Source: Cycas panzhihuaensis (lineage: Eukaryota > Plantae > Cycadophyta). From it: DNA of 64,000 nt. Shown piece after piece: positions 1 through 12,711 of the stretch (positions are counted from its first letter, which is position 1; each line of letters opens with the position of its first letter). Below the pieces are notes generated by a model. That model was not told the origin of the DNA. It saw only the letters and a program-made list of their open reading frames with translations, and searched no databases. Location of the stretch: NCBI GenBank assembly GCA_023213395.1, contig CM041465.1, positions 151,473,741 through 151,537,740 of the forward strand. Reading direction: 5' to 3'. The translations under genes were made by a program, and so were the position numbers.

Positions 1-54
1 AATCCGTACAGTTGTACGGTTAGCCTCATTTAGTACAAATCTTTGCCATCATTA

Positions 55-2419
55 ATGGTCCTCCATCTTGGGTTTATCTGATCAAGATAAACTTACCAAA
101 ACAAGTTATCACATTTGGAAAATAAAGGTAGAAACGCTTCTAAGGGCAAAAAATGGCTGGAAATTTGCCAATGGCTCTGAAGCTAAGCTCACTGATACCA
201 ATACATTTTTGGCAGATTAGATGGAAAGAGACAATGTAGGAGTAATTATTTTGAAGCTTTCTGTCTTTGATCCTGTTCTAGTATATGTAGAGAAATTGAA
301 CTCTACCTCTGCTATTTGGAAATGTTTCGAAAATCTTTTTGGCCAAAAAAACAAAGCAAGAATAATTGCTCTTAAGGAAGATCTGTACAAATTTCACATG
401 AAGGAAAGTGACACAATAACTGAATTCATGGACAAAGTTATTTCACTCAGAAATAACCTCTTGAGTGCAGGAGATATTGTTCCAGAGCAAGAGTTGGTGC
501 AAACGGTAGCAAGCAAGTTACCAAAATCCTTCGATGTAACCATCAACACCATAACAAACAACAATCAGATTGATGCTATGTCCCTTGATGAATTAACTGG
601 ATTATTACTAAGACAGAAACAAAGAAAAAGGCGCTATGAAGATTCTTCAGAGTTGGAGGAAGTTTTTGCATCTAGACTGAACTTGGGACCTCGGGAACGT
701 GGCCAAACACGAGGAAGAGGATGCACTCTAGATGCCAAAAGCCCTGCATGTGGCTGATGGTAGGACAACAGAGGATGTGGACGTAGCAGAGATACCAGAA
801 TTTGCTTCAGCTATGGTAAGCCTAGACATTTCTCTAGTTCCTGCAAAGCATTTAACATTTGTTACCATTGTGGGCAATCAAGACATTATCCCTATCAATG
901 CCTATAAAGAAGAGCAAATATTTAGAGAGGAAAACATCCAGTTGGCAGCTACAACAAAGAACAAACTGAGGAGGAAGAAGAAGAAACATCATTCATTGTT
1001 GCACTGTCAGCAAGACTAAAGGAAGGAGACACATGGTACATTGATTCAGGAGCTTCACGACACATGACTAATTTTGAAGACTGGTTTGAAACTCTAAAGC
1101 CCTACAACATTGACAAATCAGTTGAGTTAGGAGACAAATACCCACTTGGCATAAAAGGGATGGGTACCATTGGTGTCAACCTACAAGGGAATGTGAAGAA
1201 AATTGGGAATGTATTGTTAGTTCCTTGCTTAAAAATGAACCTTCTGTTTCTTTCATAACTTAGCAAAAAGGGACTAAGGACTGTATTTAATGAGGAAGGC
1301 TATTGCCACATACTAGATATGAAAAATGATGAGAAGACAATAGCTAAAGGTATAAGACGTAATGATATGTACAAACTGTTGTTAGATCCTGTAATTCCCA
1401 TCTTGGGTATGAAAGCTTGTACTGTTGTAAAGTCTAATAATAAAATGTGGCATTTGAAGTATGGGCATCTTCCTATAGAAACATTGAAATTGATGAAAAA
1501 ATCTAGCATGGTAAATGGATTACCTTACATCTCCTCTGATAGTTTTGTCTGCCAAGGCTACCAATTTGGTAAACAACATCGACTTCCATTCAAAGAAAGC
1601 GAATGGCAAGCACAACCAAGTTGGAATTAATTCATACGGATCTTTGTGGACCACTTACACCCCTTTCAATCAATGGTTGTATATACTTTCTTTCATTGAT
1701 GACTTCACTCAAAAAGTATGGGTGTATTTCTTCCATTATAAATTAGAATTTTTTGAAGCCTTCAAGGAGTTTAAAGCATAAGCAGAATTGGAATTAGAAA
1801 CAAAAATAAAGTGCATTAGATTAGACCAAGGTGATGAATACATCTCAAAGGAGTTTTTAAACTACTGCAAGTTGAATGGGATACACAAGCAATTCACAAC
1901 TCCTTATACACCTCAGTCCAACAAAGTTGTTGAAAGAAAAAACAGAACTATAATGGAAATGGCTCGCAGCATGATCCATGAAAAGCAAGCCCCCAAATCA
2001 TATTGGGCAGAAGCTGTTAGCACTGCTTTCTATCTAATAAACTGAAGCCCAACAAAAGCATTGGAGAACATCACTTGAAGAAGCTTGGACAGGTAAGAAA
2101 CCTAATGTCAGTTCTCTTAAAATATTTGGTAGCTAGGCCTTTGTTCTTATACCAGACAAGAGGAGATCAAAACTTGATGCAAAAAGCATAGAATGTATCA
2201 TGATAGGATACAACAAAAACTCAAAAGCTGATAAATGCATAGATCCAAAAACAAATAAAATCTATATAAGCAAGGATGTTGTTTTTAATGAAAAAGATAG
2301 TTTAGGTGACCAGTCTCAAATGAAAATAATTGAAGGATCAAAGGAATCAGGTTGCAGAATCATCATAGAAGAGACTTCAGAAATCACCACAGAAGAAATT
2401 CCTTTAACAAAATCTTCCC
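55..2419 (+). pseudogene. Copia-1 gag-protease-integrase (degenerate)
   Basis: Copia Gag helices in 221-757, CCHC knuckle remnants at ~800-900, DSGAS at ~1043, WHLKYGH, FIDDF, IRLDQGDEY and TPYTPQSNKVVERKNRT motifs. Many stops and frameshifts. Confidence 0.93.
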
Positions 2420-3075
2420 TGTGTGCGCCTATCTTATAACAAAAGATAACATCATACAAGAAAGATGCAAGTTTCTTCTGGAGCAAAAATAACCAACTTC
2501 TTTATGGGAAAAGAGGGCACTGCATCTAGTCCTCTCACAACCAGACGCAGGCTTGAGCAGTTACAGCAGAGTTAAGACAACTTGCAATTAAGATACGTTA
2601 CTATCTCTTTCCTATCTACATACACACATGCATACATGCTTGTAGGCATGCGTGCTTACATATATCTCCCAATATTCCCATTCTAACTGATATATTCTCT
2701 TATACAGTTACATAGTTACACATTGATATAACTACTTTCTAGTTACTTTCTAACTAATGCTACCTAAACTTTTTGAGGGCTGCCTACATTACATTGTTCC
2801 TACCCGAGCTGCCCGGTCGTCCGTGCCAGTTGCCTCTAGAGTCCACACTTAGTTGTGCTGCAGTCCGCACCTGGTTGTACTATGGTTCGCACCCAGTTGC
2901 ACTACAGTCTGCACCTAGTTGCACTGCAGTCTGCACCTGGTTGCACTATAGTCCGCACCCAGTTGCGCTACAGTCCACACTCGATTGCACCACATTCTAC
3001 ACCTGGTTGCACTACAGTCTGCACCTGGTTGTACTACAGTCTGTTCAAAAACTAGGAATACTTTGGTTGCGCACA
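2420..3075 (-). repeat. 3' LTR of Gypsy-1
   Basis: Aligns with 10391-11004. A short purine tract (cagggaga on the minus strand) abuts it at 3076-3083. Confidence 0.95.
2845..3042. repeat. 22-bp tandem array inside LTR (9 units, consensus gcacctggttgcactacagtct)
   Basis: Units counted directly; no spacers. Confidence 0.92.
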
Positions 3076-3137
3076 TCTCCCTGAAGCCACTTTGAACGAG
3101 CAGCATACTCGTTCCAAAATTTCAAAACTTTCAACTT

Positions 3138-4790
3138 TTATCTCTTTATCTGATTTTCTATAATCCTTGCCTTTTCTCGTCGGATATATTCCCTTTTCGG
3201 CTTTGCAATCTGAGGAGGTAGTCTTAACCCGTTCTATTTCACATATTCACATAACATAACTACATCCTACATTGTATCCAACAAAGCTAATGTTGGTATT
3301 TCCCCGGTATGCAATTGTTCCACTTCTTGATTTAGTTCATTATTCAGTCTTTATACCAATTCCAATTCTTTCCTATAAGCATTCCATTCCTTCCACAACT
3401 TTTTACAACGTTCGGTTTTCTCATCTGATTTTAATATCCATGCTCCTAATCGATGGTACATTTGCATATATCCCTGTGAATGTACCTGTTAAATCTTTCT
3501 TTAAACTGTTTTAACTGAGATCCCACCTCATCCACATCATCAACCTAATCCAATATAAATTTCTTTAAAGAATCCAGTTTTTCCTCTGTCATTTAATGGC
3601 TCTTTTCAATGATTCTTCTGGTGGCCTAGCTCTGCTTTCTAATTTTGTAACTAATTGTCTAGTTACTTTAGCCAGGAATCAAGTTCTCCAGTTTGTTACA
3701 TCTTGAGGATTGCATTCCATAGGATCCAATCCTCGCTCCAATATTTCTTTATCTACATTACATTGTATTTCCGGTGGCTGATTGTCTATTTTTCTATAAT
3801 TTCCTTTTTTTTTTCTCTTGGGTTAATCTTCTTCTTTTCTGTTTCTGAACTTCGTTTTCTATCTCTATATCCTCCTGCTTCCTTTTTCCTTTTGCTTCTG
3901 TTTCTTTCTCCTCCTCTTTCTCCGCTTCAACTGTTGGTACTTATTTTGAACTCTGAACTTTTCCTGCCTATCTTTCTGGCAACTTGATTTCTACCTTTTA
4001 ATCTTCTTCCTCCTCTTTTTCAACCTGTCCTTTAATGTCAACAGTAACTTTCCTCATGTTATACTGGGTCTACACCCATTCCTGAACCTTACCTCGTATT
4101 TCTTCCCATTTTTCTACATCAATGTTATAACTTGTCCAATAAGCTAACGGATCTTGTTCTTCCTTTGCTGCAGGCATAATAACATCTAGACACTGAAAAA
4201 GAAGTAATCCTTGTAGGATTGTCATAATAAAAGGAAAAAGTTTTGAAAGATACATGAACTGTTTGTAAATTTTGCCTTACTCTTTCTGCCACAAATTTTG
4301 CACAATTTAAACATTTTCCTTGAGCTACCTTATTGATCATTGTTCTTAGATTAGTTGGTACAAATAGATTTTTCTGATTTAACACAATTCTGGTAAAAAT
4401 AAAAAGTGCTAAAAAACGGTTTTTTGGAGATTGTATCCTTGTAATTCTGATGCCTGAAGTGGAGGCGTCCTTACTAGTAGCACCAATTATTCTTGTTGCT
4501 TCCTCTTGAGTTATTTGGGGGTCTTTTTTGATAATTTCCCCTTCCTTCGAAGGCCCAGTCATAACTGCTATAGAGGCTTCCGAGATTTGTAATATATCTG
4601 GATATTGTTCTAATAAAGGTAATATTGCTTGCAAAAAGTCTACTGAATTTGGGAAAATTCCTACCATTATAAATTCTTGCAGCCGTGATTTGGCAAGCAA
4701 TATTTTCCTTTCATCATCCTTTCCCATTACTTCCAATTTAGCACGAATTCGAGAGTCGTCTTTCTCTTTAATTAAAATTGTCTTCGTCAT
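3138..4790 (-). pseudogene. Gypsy-1 3' additional ORF (~550 codons, sense, downstream of pol; helical domain plus charged coiled-coil tail)
   Basis: ORF 4125-4790 continues through frameshifts and stops (4070-4255, then MTEEKLDSLKKFILD*VDDVDEVGSQLKQFKERFNRYIHRDM...IIENQIKR*) almost to the PPT. Confidence 0.7.
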
Positions 4791-5346
4791 AATTCCGTCT
4801 GCTCCGATGTGTCATCTTCCTGACTGTAATTTCCGTTTGCTCTGCGACTATGGATTGAAGTTCTTTTTCGCAACCTCTGAATACCACTGCGATCCTTGGC
4901 CGCGAGAATGGACCGCATTTCTTGTCTGGAAATTCGGTCATGCCTACAACTATTCTCCATAATTGCCGTCCTCTCCTCGCAAATCTAGTGCAATAACTAT
5001 TTGTTGTGCTTCTTAACTACCGCCATGCTCCTTCGAAAATCCAATTAGAATGTGATTGGTCATCATTTCTTTGGGTGCTACCGTGCCGCATTTGTTGAGG
5101 CACCAACTTCCATTGATAGTCATGCCACATTACCTATCTCCGTTATGATGAATCTTTAGTCCACGATCGATCTTGTCTTGTTCGCACCCACGCTCTTGTA
5201 CCGTACCTTACCGTAGCACTTTATTAGATGTCACCTCATTCCTTGTAATATCTTTGTATCATACCAATCGGTAGTTGTCACATCCTTAACGCCTTTTCTA
5301 AGGAGATCTTGCCCCTTGGTTATTTGTGCTCATTTTTTTTTTAATA

Positions 5347-8300
5347 TTATATTCTATACAATTTTATTCTATTGCCATTGATCAATTTGGTCAATGGCTG
5401 GCCATCCAACTGCTGTAATTTAATAGCTCCATTTTCATAAATATGATTAATTCTAAAGGTCCTAACCACCTTACTTTCATTTTACCAGGCTTAATTTTAA
5501 ACTTACTATCGTATCATAATACCAAATCATTTACCTTGTACTTAGGTTTTTTAAGGTGGCGATCATGCCAAGCTTTTCGCCTTTTCTTTTCGATCTGCAG
5601 CTCCCATAAAGCTCGTGCTCGAGTCTCGTCCAATTTCATCAATTGTATTAGCCTTTGATCATAAGAAATTTTAGGTTTTATTCTGAGATGTTGAGCTACC
5701 CGCAGACTTTTTACTTGAAATTCTAAAGGAACCACAACTTCTATTCCATAAGCCAACTAAAATGGAGTGTGCTTATGTGATCTTTTCTTCATTGTTCTGT
5801 TCGCTCACAGACCTGAATGCAATTTTTTTGCCCAATCTGTTCGTTGCCCATTACAAATTTTCATCAGAGCAATCTTCAGAATTTTGTTTGTGCTCTCCAC
5901 TTGACCATTTGCTCTAGGATAATATGGCAAAGATTTGCCATGTTGTATCAAGAATTCTGAGGTCAAGTATTTTATTGTTTGATTTAAAAAGCTTCCTCCT
6001 TGATCTGATACAATTTCCAAAGGATAGCCAAACCTTACTATAATAACTTCGTACAAAAAATGAGTTGTATCTCTTGCATCACATTTCTTCATAGGTTTGG
6101 CTTCTGTCCATTTGGTCAGAAAGTCTGTGGCTACTAATATATATCGTGCATTCGTCCTTCTTGCTGGGGGGCTAATTGGTCCCACAAAATCCAATCCCCA
6201 CTTCTCAAATGGAGCTTGGGCCAGGATAGGATGAAGAGGCAAATAATTTTGTTTAGAAGGCTTGCCAATTCATTAACAGATGTCGCAGGATTTTACCCAT
6301 TTCTCGGCATCTTCGAACAATGTCGGCCACCATAATCCTGTTGTTAATATCTTTTGTGCTGTGGCTTCTCCCCCATGATGAGATGAAGCTGTTCCTTCAT
6401 GTGCTTCCCTCAAGATTGGTTGTACTTCATGTTGAAGTATGCACCTTCGTAAGACTTCATCTGGATCGAGTTTGTATAACATACTGCCTATCAATTGGAA
6501 AGGGAAGGCTTTCTTAATGAAACTCTTCCTTTCTGCCTTTTATAATCCTTTAGGTGTTTTTCTTGTGGACAAATATTCTGTGATTCCTTCATACCATGAT
6601 GGGACAACTTCAATAGAGAATAACTTATGATCCGGAAAATCATCAAACACCCCATCACCTGGTTCTCCTACTTGTATCCTGGATAGTTGATCCGGTATCA
6701 CATGCTTTTCACCCTTTTTCACCACAATTTTAAACCTGAATTCCTGGAAAAGCATTAGCCAGCAACTAATCCTTCCTTGCAAAATTGGTTTATTAATCAA
6801 ATATTGCAAAGCTTGATGATCAACAAAAAATACAAATTGATTGGCCAACAGATAGTGTCAGAATTTTTGTAAGGCATACACCATGCCTAACCCTTCTCGT
6901 TCAGTAACTGTATAGTTAAGCTCAGTGGATGTTAGTTTTTGACTTGCAAAAGCAATGGGAAGATCTATTTTTTCATCAGCCAGTTGAGCCAATACGCATC
7001 CAATGACTTATAACAAGGCATCTACATGCACATGGAACGGTTTATTCCAGTCTGGAAACTTGAGCACATGGGCTTCTACTATCTTTTTCTTCAAGGCATC
7101 AAAAGATAGTTGTTGTCGCATTGTCCATTCCCATTTATTTGCTTTTCTCAATAAGGACTCCAAGGGATAAGCAATTTGTGCATATCCTCTTATGAATTTC
7201 TAATAATATCCAGTCATTCCCAAAAATCCCTTAAGATTTTTTGGGTTTTACGGAACAAGAAATTTCAAAATCACTTCAACTTTCATCAGATCTGTCATTA
7301 GTCCTTTTGAGATGATGTGCCCTAACAAGGATCCAAATGGTACCATAAAGGTACATTTGTCAGGGTTCAAGCACAATCTATTTTCCCTGTGCAATTCCAG
7401 CATTAGCCTTAACTGAAGCAAATGGTCCTGTAAAAGGCCATACAAGGTCCAATCATCTAGGAATACTTCAATTACTTTTCCTATCAACTTCCAAAAGATG
7501 TTCAAGATTATTCTTTGGAAAGTTACCAGAGCATTTGTTAGCCCAAATGGCATAACCCTGTAGGCATAAGTGCCCCATTCTATAACAAATGTTATCTTCA
7601 ACTGGTCTTCAGGTGCTATTCGGACCTGATTATAACCGCTAAACCCATCTGTGAATGAGAATATCTCATGCCCTACTGCCTTTTCCAGTATATCTTCTGT
7701 GAAAGGTATTGGGAACGGATCTTTCTTCGTGGATTTATTCAAAGCTCTGTAATCTACGCATACACGAAGTTTCCCATTCTTTTTGGGTACCACCACTGCT
7801 GGGCTTACCCATTCGCTATTTTCCACTTCAATGATATAACCAACTTCTAAAAATTTGTCCAGCTCATCCTTGATTTGTTCCTTATATTGGGGGTTCATCC
7901 TGTAAGGTCTTTGCCTTACTGGTTTTGCATCTTCCATTAAATCAATCTTGTGTTCACCTACTTCTAGGGGGATTCCCTTTAGGTCTTTGTAGGACCATGC
8001 GAAAACATCCTTGAATTCATTGAAAAGGGATGTCACTTTTTGAATCATTTCGGGCTCCCAATAATCACCTACTTGTATGCACTTAGGATTTTCCTTTGTT
8101 CCAATGTTAATTGGTTTCAGTTGGAGCTTCTGCCTTTGGATAGTTTTTCCATCTGGATTCAATCCATAGGCCTGTGCCTGAGAGATCTCTTTTCGTCCAT
8201 ATTCTGTAACAAAATATGTTTGTGGGAAATTTCTTGCTTCTTCTTGATTCATTTGACAACAAATCTTTTTTTCAAAGAAGGATACATTTTTCTGGTTAGG

Positions 8301-9196
8301 AATTTCAACCAAACTTTTAGACAAAGTATACAGGCAATCTCTTTGAATTTTATTAAAAGAGGAACCTTTTACAAAACTTTCTTTCTTTCCAAGGTTACCT
8401 CCTTTGCTTTTTTCCAGTTGTTGTTTATTTGGACAGGACTCCATAAGGTAATAATTTGAAGATTTATCTCCTACTTCTTCCCGTGCAGATTGTAACCAGT
8501 CCAGCAAATATGTTGATGAAGCCTCGCTTGAAATCTGAGGAGGAGTCTTCAGATCTTGAAATGCCATTTTTGAACAAGGACTGACTGTAGTGGCTGTTGA
8601 AGCAGTGGTTGTTGATGTCGTATCTACATCTTCTACTTACTCTATTTGAGGTCCATCTGAACAAAGGGGTAATACCACTTTCTTTCCTGCAAAATGCAGA
8701 GTAAAGGTTAGTTTCCCCAATCTTGCATTGCTTCTGTTGCAAGCAGCCACGGTCATCCCAAGAGTGCAGGGTATGTTTTATTCTGATTTTGCATTCTTAG
8801 AATCGCAAAATCTAAACATACTGTGATCCATGCCACTGTAACTGGGATATTCAACCGAGATCCCATTGGTCGAACTTGCAATTGATTTGCCAATCGAATT
8901 GCATAATCTGGGGAAACCATTTCTGGCCATCCCAATGAAATCCATGTGGTTTCAGGAAGCACATTTACTCCTGATCCACCATCTACAACAGTCTTACAAA
9001 TCATTGCACCAAAAGGAGTCATAGGGACTCTAGGATAAGTTGCATCTGTCTTCAAAGCCCGCAGTATAGGCTTTTCAATTTGATCCAAAATTGCTTGTTG
9101 GAAGTAGTCGGCTTCCCACCATCTGAAGATTGTCGTAATAGGAATAGAAATTCCTATTTCAAGTAATACTTCCTCATTCCTTGTATTTTTTGCCAC
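5347..9196 (-). pseudogene. Gypsy-1 pol: aspartic protease, RT, RNase H, integrase
   Basis: VVDGGSGVNVLP; LRVCVDYRALN, MPFGL, VFLDDW; FVDHQAL; zinc finger (HEG...H...CDIC); WGLDFVGP, IVSDQG, YYPRANGQVE. Confidence 0.96.
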
Positions 9197-9451
9197 GGAT
9201 TCCTCCCCAATTGCTCCTCACATATCCTTGATCGTCTTTGATAGACTTGGCCTCTAAATCTGTTTGCTTGTTCTTCTTCATCCTGTTGCACAGCCCTTGT
9301 TCCCTCTTGTATAGCTTGGACAACTTCTTGTAGTCTTCTTTTTTCTATTGTTGGATCGGGAAAATTTTCTGTAACTGGTGTAGCAGTACTTTTTCTACTT
9401 CTCGTTTGAATGTAAACTGGTTGTTCTTTATCCGAAATTTTTGTTGCCAAA

Positions 9452-10321
9452 TTAGATGACTGCCCCAATTGACTGTCCTTGCATCATGCTTATTGGACCT
9501 GAAGAATTTGATCCGCCTTGCCCCATCATGTTTGTTGTGCTTGCTCCTCCTCCTTTACTCCTACCTTGATTTAAGGCTGCACTTTCTGGACTTTCTTCCA
9601 AGAATGTTGAGCCTGAAAACATTCCAGTCATTCTATTGAACAAGGGATTTAATACATGAGAATGAGAATCCTTCACCTCTACAATATAATAGTCCCACCC
9701 CACTGTGGTAATACTGTAAACTTCCAAACTAATTGATTTCCTTGCTTATAAGGCAACTTGCTCTTCTTCAGATATCTGTGAGTCCTTTTCTTCTGGCTAC
9801 TCAAAATTTTCTTCCTGCTTTTCTCCAAGAATCTGCAGGTCTTTGTCTTCTGCCTGCTTTTCTCCAGAATTCTGCAGGTTTTTATTTTCTGCCTGCTTTT
9901 CTTCAAGAATCTGTAGGTCTTTGTCTTCTGCCTGCTTTTCTCTAGAATTCTGTAGGTTTTTGTCTTTTGCCTGCTTTTCTTCAAGAATCTGCAGGTCTTT
10001 ATCTTCTGCATGCTTTGGTTCTTCCTTAGAAATCTGCCATTCCCTATCTTCTATTTGTTTTGAATTTTCTTTTTCTGGCTGCCGCTTGTCCTCCTGGGCC
10101 TCTTCTTTCTATTCCTTTCTTTGATTCTCTTCCTTGCACACGTCTGGGGTCTGGCTTTCTTCCTGTCGGCCCTTCAAGATTCTTTTCTTCACCGGCCTCC
10201 TCTCAACCGGCTCCCTAGGTCTACGAGTGCCTTCCTGGGTTTTCTCCGCTTCCCAACACTGACTTCTTTCCTGTCTAGTCTCAACTTTCTTCAGTGAATT
10301 GGTCCTGGGTGGCATGGACAA
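9452..10321 (-). pseudogene. Gypsy-1 5' ORF remnant: charged Gag N-terminal leader with 13-aa repeats, no capsid or zinc knuckle
   Basis: One frame from MSMPPRTN through (AEDKDLQILEEKQ)n to MMGQGGSNSSGPISMMQGQ, with a few C>T-type stops. Confidence 0.7.
9813..10010. repeat. 39-bp in-frame tandem repeat (~5 units)
   Basis: Unit approximately cctgcttttctccaagaatctgcaggtctttgtcttctg. Confidence 0.88.
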
Positions 10322-10373
10322 CCTTTCTCACTTGTTCTTCACCAACCCTTCATCTCTTCTTCATTTAGGATAT

Positions 10374-10388
10374 CCGGCAACAGAACCA
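10374..10388 (-). promoter_or_regulatory. Primer-binding site, tRNA-Glu type (TGGTTCTGTTGCCGG)
   Basis: Lies 2 nt from the 5' LTR. Complementary to the plant tRNA-Glu 3' end (...CCGGCAACGGAACCA) with one C>T difference. Confidence 0.75.
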
Positions 10389-10390
10389 AA

Positions 10391-11004
10391 TGTGTGCGTC
10401 TATCTTATAACAAAAGATAGCATCATACAAGAAAGACGCAAGTTTCTTCTGGAGCACAAATAACCAACTTCTTTATGGGAAAAGAGGGCACTGCATCTGG
10501 TCCTCTCACAACTAGACGCAGTGCGGCGATTCTGAGAGTTAAGACAGCCTGCAATTAAGATACGTTACTGTCTCTTTCCTATCTACATACACACATGCAT
10601 ACATGCTTACATATATCTCCCGATATTCCCGTTTTGACCTATATATTCTCTTATACAGTTATATAGTTACACATTGATATAACTACTTTCTAGTTACTTT
10701 CTAACTAATGTAGCCCAAACTTTTTGAGGGCTGTCCGCATTACATTATTCCTGCCCGAGCTGCCCGGTCGTCCATGTCGGTTGCCTCTAGAATTTGCACT
10801 TAGTTGTGCTGCAATCTGCACCTGGTTGTACTATAGTCCACACCCAGTTGCACTACAGTTCGCACCTGGTTGCACTACAGTCTGCACCTGGTTATACTAC
10901 AGTCTGCACCCGATTGCGCTACAGTCCGCATCTGGTTGCACTATAGTCCGCACCTGGTTGTACTATAGTCTGTTCAAAAACTGGGAATACTTTGGCTGCA
11001 CACA
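10391..11004 (-). repeat. 5' LTR of Gypsy-1
   Basis: Aligns with 2420-3075; PBS adjacent. Confidence 0.95.
10796..10971. repeat. 22-bp tandem array inside LTR (8 units)
   Basis: Same unit as 2845-3042, one unit fewer. Confidence 0.92.
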
Positions 11005-11009
11005 TTCCC

Positions 11010-12704
11010 CAACTCATACAGAATCAACAAAAGGAGAAAGCTCATCCATAGTGCAATCGGTAGAAAAATCAAGGACCAGAGAAGAATCAAAGAAAGAAAA
11101 GAAACTTCCCAAATGCTTCATTAAAACAGTTAAAGAAGGAGGAGGAGATGTGCTTGAACACAAAACTAGAAGCCAGAAGCCAAAGGCTTTGCTCAGCAAA
11201 GTTGAACCACAATCCTTTCAAGAAGCCAAAGATCAACCAAAATAGAGAGCAACCATGGACTTTGAAATGGACTCAATTATCAAAAATCAAACACGGGAAT
11301 TGGTGGAACTACCTCCCAACAAACCACTAGTCAATTGCAAATGGGTCTACCAAATCAAGGAAGGAGCTAGTGGAAAGGTGGAAAAACATAAAGCTCGTCT
11401 TGTTGCAAAGGAATACACTCAAACAGCAGGAGTTGATTTTGAAGAGACTTTTTCTCCTATGGCCAAGCTGGATACGGTAAAAACTATGGTTGCACTAGTA
11501 GCCTTACATAACTAGAAAATTTTTTAGTTAGATGTAAAAAGTGCCTTTCTGAATGGAGAATTGGAAGAAGAAGTTTACATGGCATAACCTAAAGGATACA
11601 TCAAAGAAGGATAGGAACATTTAGTATATAAATTGAAAAAAACTCTGTATGGATTGAAATAAGCTCCTCGAGGTTGGTATGCTAAATTGGATCAACATCT
11701 ATGTCAAAATGGGTTTCAACGCTGCGATTCTGATTCTAGTCTATACATAAGAAAAAGGAATGGATTGATTACAGTAATTGTTGTTTATGTAGATGACATG
11801 ATTCTTACAGGAAATGATGAAGAATCTATCATAAACATAAAGAAGCAACTCGAAAAAAAGTTTGAAATGATAGATTTGGGCTTCCTAAACTATTATCTGG
11901 GGTTGGAAGTAGATCAACAGCAGAATCATATTGCTTTATCTCAAAGTAAATATATAAAAGATCTGTTGATCAAATTCCAGATGGTGGATTGCAATCCTTG
12001 TGCAACACCCATGAAGGTAAATTGCAACTTGGCAACAGACAAAGAAGAATAGGAAGAAGACACCACTCTATACAGACAACTGATCAGAAGTTTGATATAT
12101 CTTATAGGCACCAGGCCAGATATATCATACTCAGGAGGACTGGTCTCTAGGTACATGCAGGAACCCAAAGTGAGACACTGGAAAAAGGCAAGAAGAATAT
12201 TAATATACCTATAGGGAACAATAGATCTAAAATTGATCTATCCTAGAGAAAGACTAGTAGAATTGATAGGATACTGTGACTCAAACTGGGCAGGAGACAA
12301 GGAACAAAGGAAATCCACAAGTGGATATTGTTTCTTCTTAGGACCCACAGTAGCACTTTCGTCAACTGAAGATGAATACAAGGTAACTATAATTGCAACA
12401 TGTGAAGCAGTTTGGTTGAGACAACTTCTGGCTGAGTTAGAACAGTAGCAAAATCAGGCAATAGTTTTGTATTATGACAATCAAAGTGCTATCAAGTTTG
12501 ACCAAAAATCTAATTCTTCATGCAAGAACAAAGCATATAGAAGTGCACCATCACTTTATAAGGGAAAAAGTTCACAATAAAGAAATTGAATTTGAGTATT
12601 ATCCTACTACAAAGCAAATTGCAGATTTACTAACAAAACCTCTTAGAAAAGAAAAGTTTCAAATTCTAAGAGATAAAATAGGACTGAAAGAGATAAAGCA
12701 TTAA
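11010..12704 (+). pseudogene. Copia-1 reverse transcriptase / RNase H (degenerate)
   Basis: KARLVAK, DFEETFSP, LDVKSAFLNG, VYVDDM, GYCDSNWAG and RTKHIEVHHHFIRE motifs. Confidence 0.95.
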
Positions 12705-12711
12705 GAGAGGG

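Larger units (their letters stand above)
2420..11004 (-). mobile_element. Ty3/Gypsy non-chromovirus (Athila-like) LTR retrotransposon 'Gypsy-1', full length, lacking the Gag core
   Basis: Two similar LTRs (TGTG...CACA), TSD TTCCC at 2415-2419 and 11005-11009, PBS next to the right LTR, PR-RT-RH-IN order, no chromodomain. Confidence 0.96.

Noticed and set aside
2845-3042. CRISPR-like array
   Set aside because: Head-to-tail 22-bp units with no unique spacers and no cas genes; lies inside a plant LTR.
2773-3106. ORFs 2773-3084, 2855-3055, 2915-3106 and 10724-11245 as proteins
   Set aside because: Translations of the LTR minisatellite; the last one reads through the LTR/Copia junction.
3655-3987. 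Hydrophobic env-like membrane ORF on the plus strand
   Set aside because: It is the antisense shadow of an E/K-rich stretch of the minus-strand extra ORF.
9679-10124. K/R-rich and hydrophobic repeat ORFs
   Set aside because: Alternative frames and strands of the 39-bp repeat.
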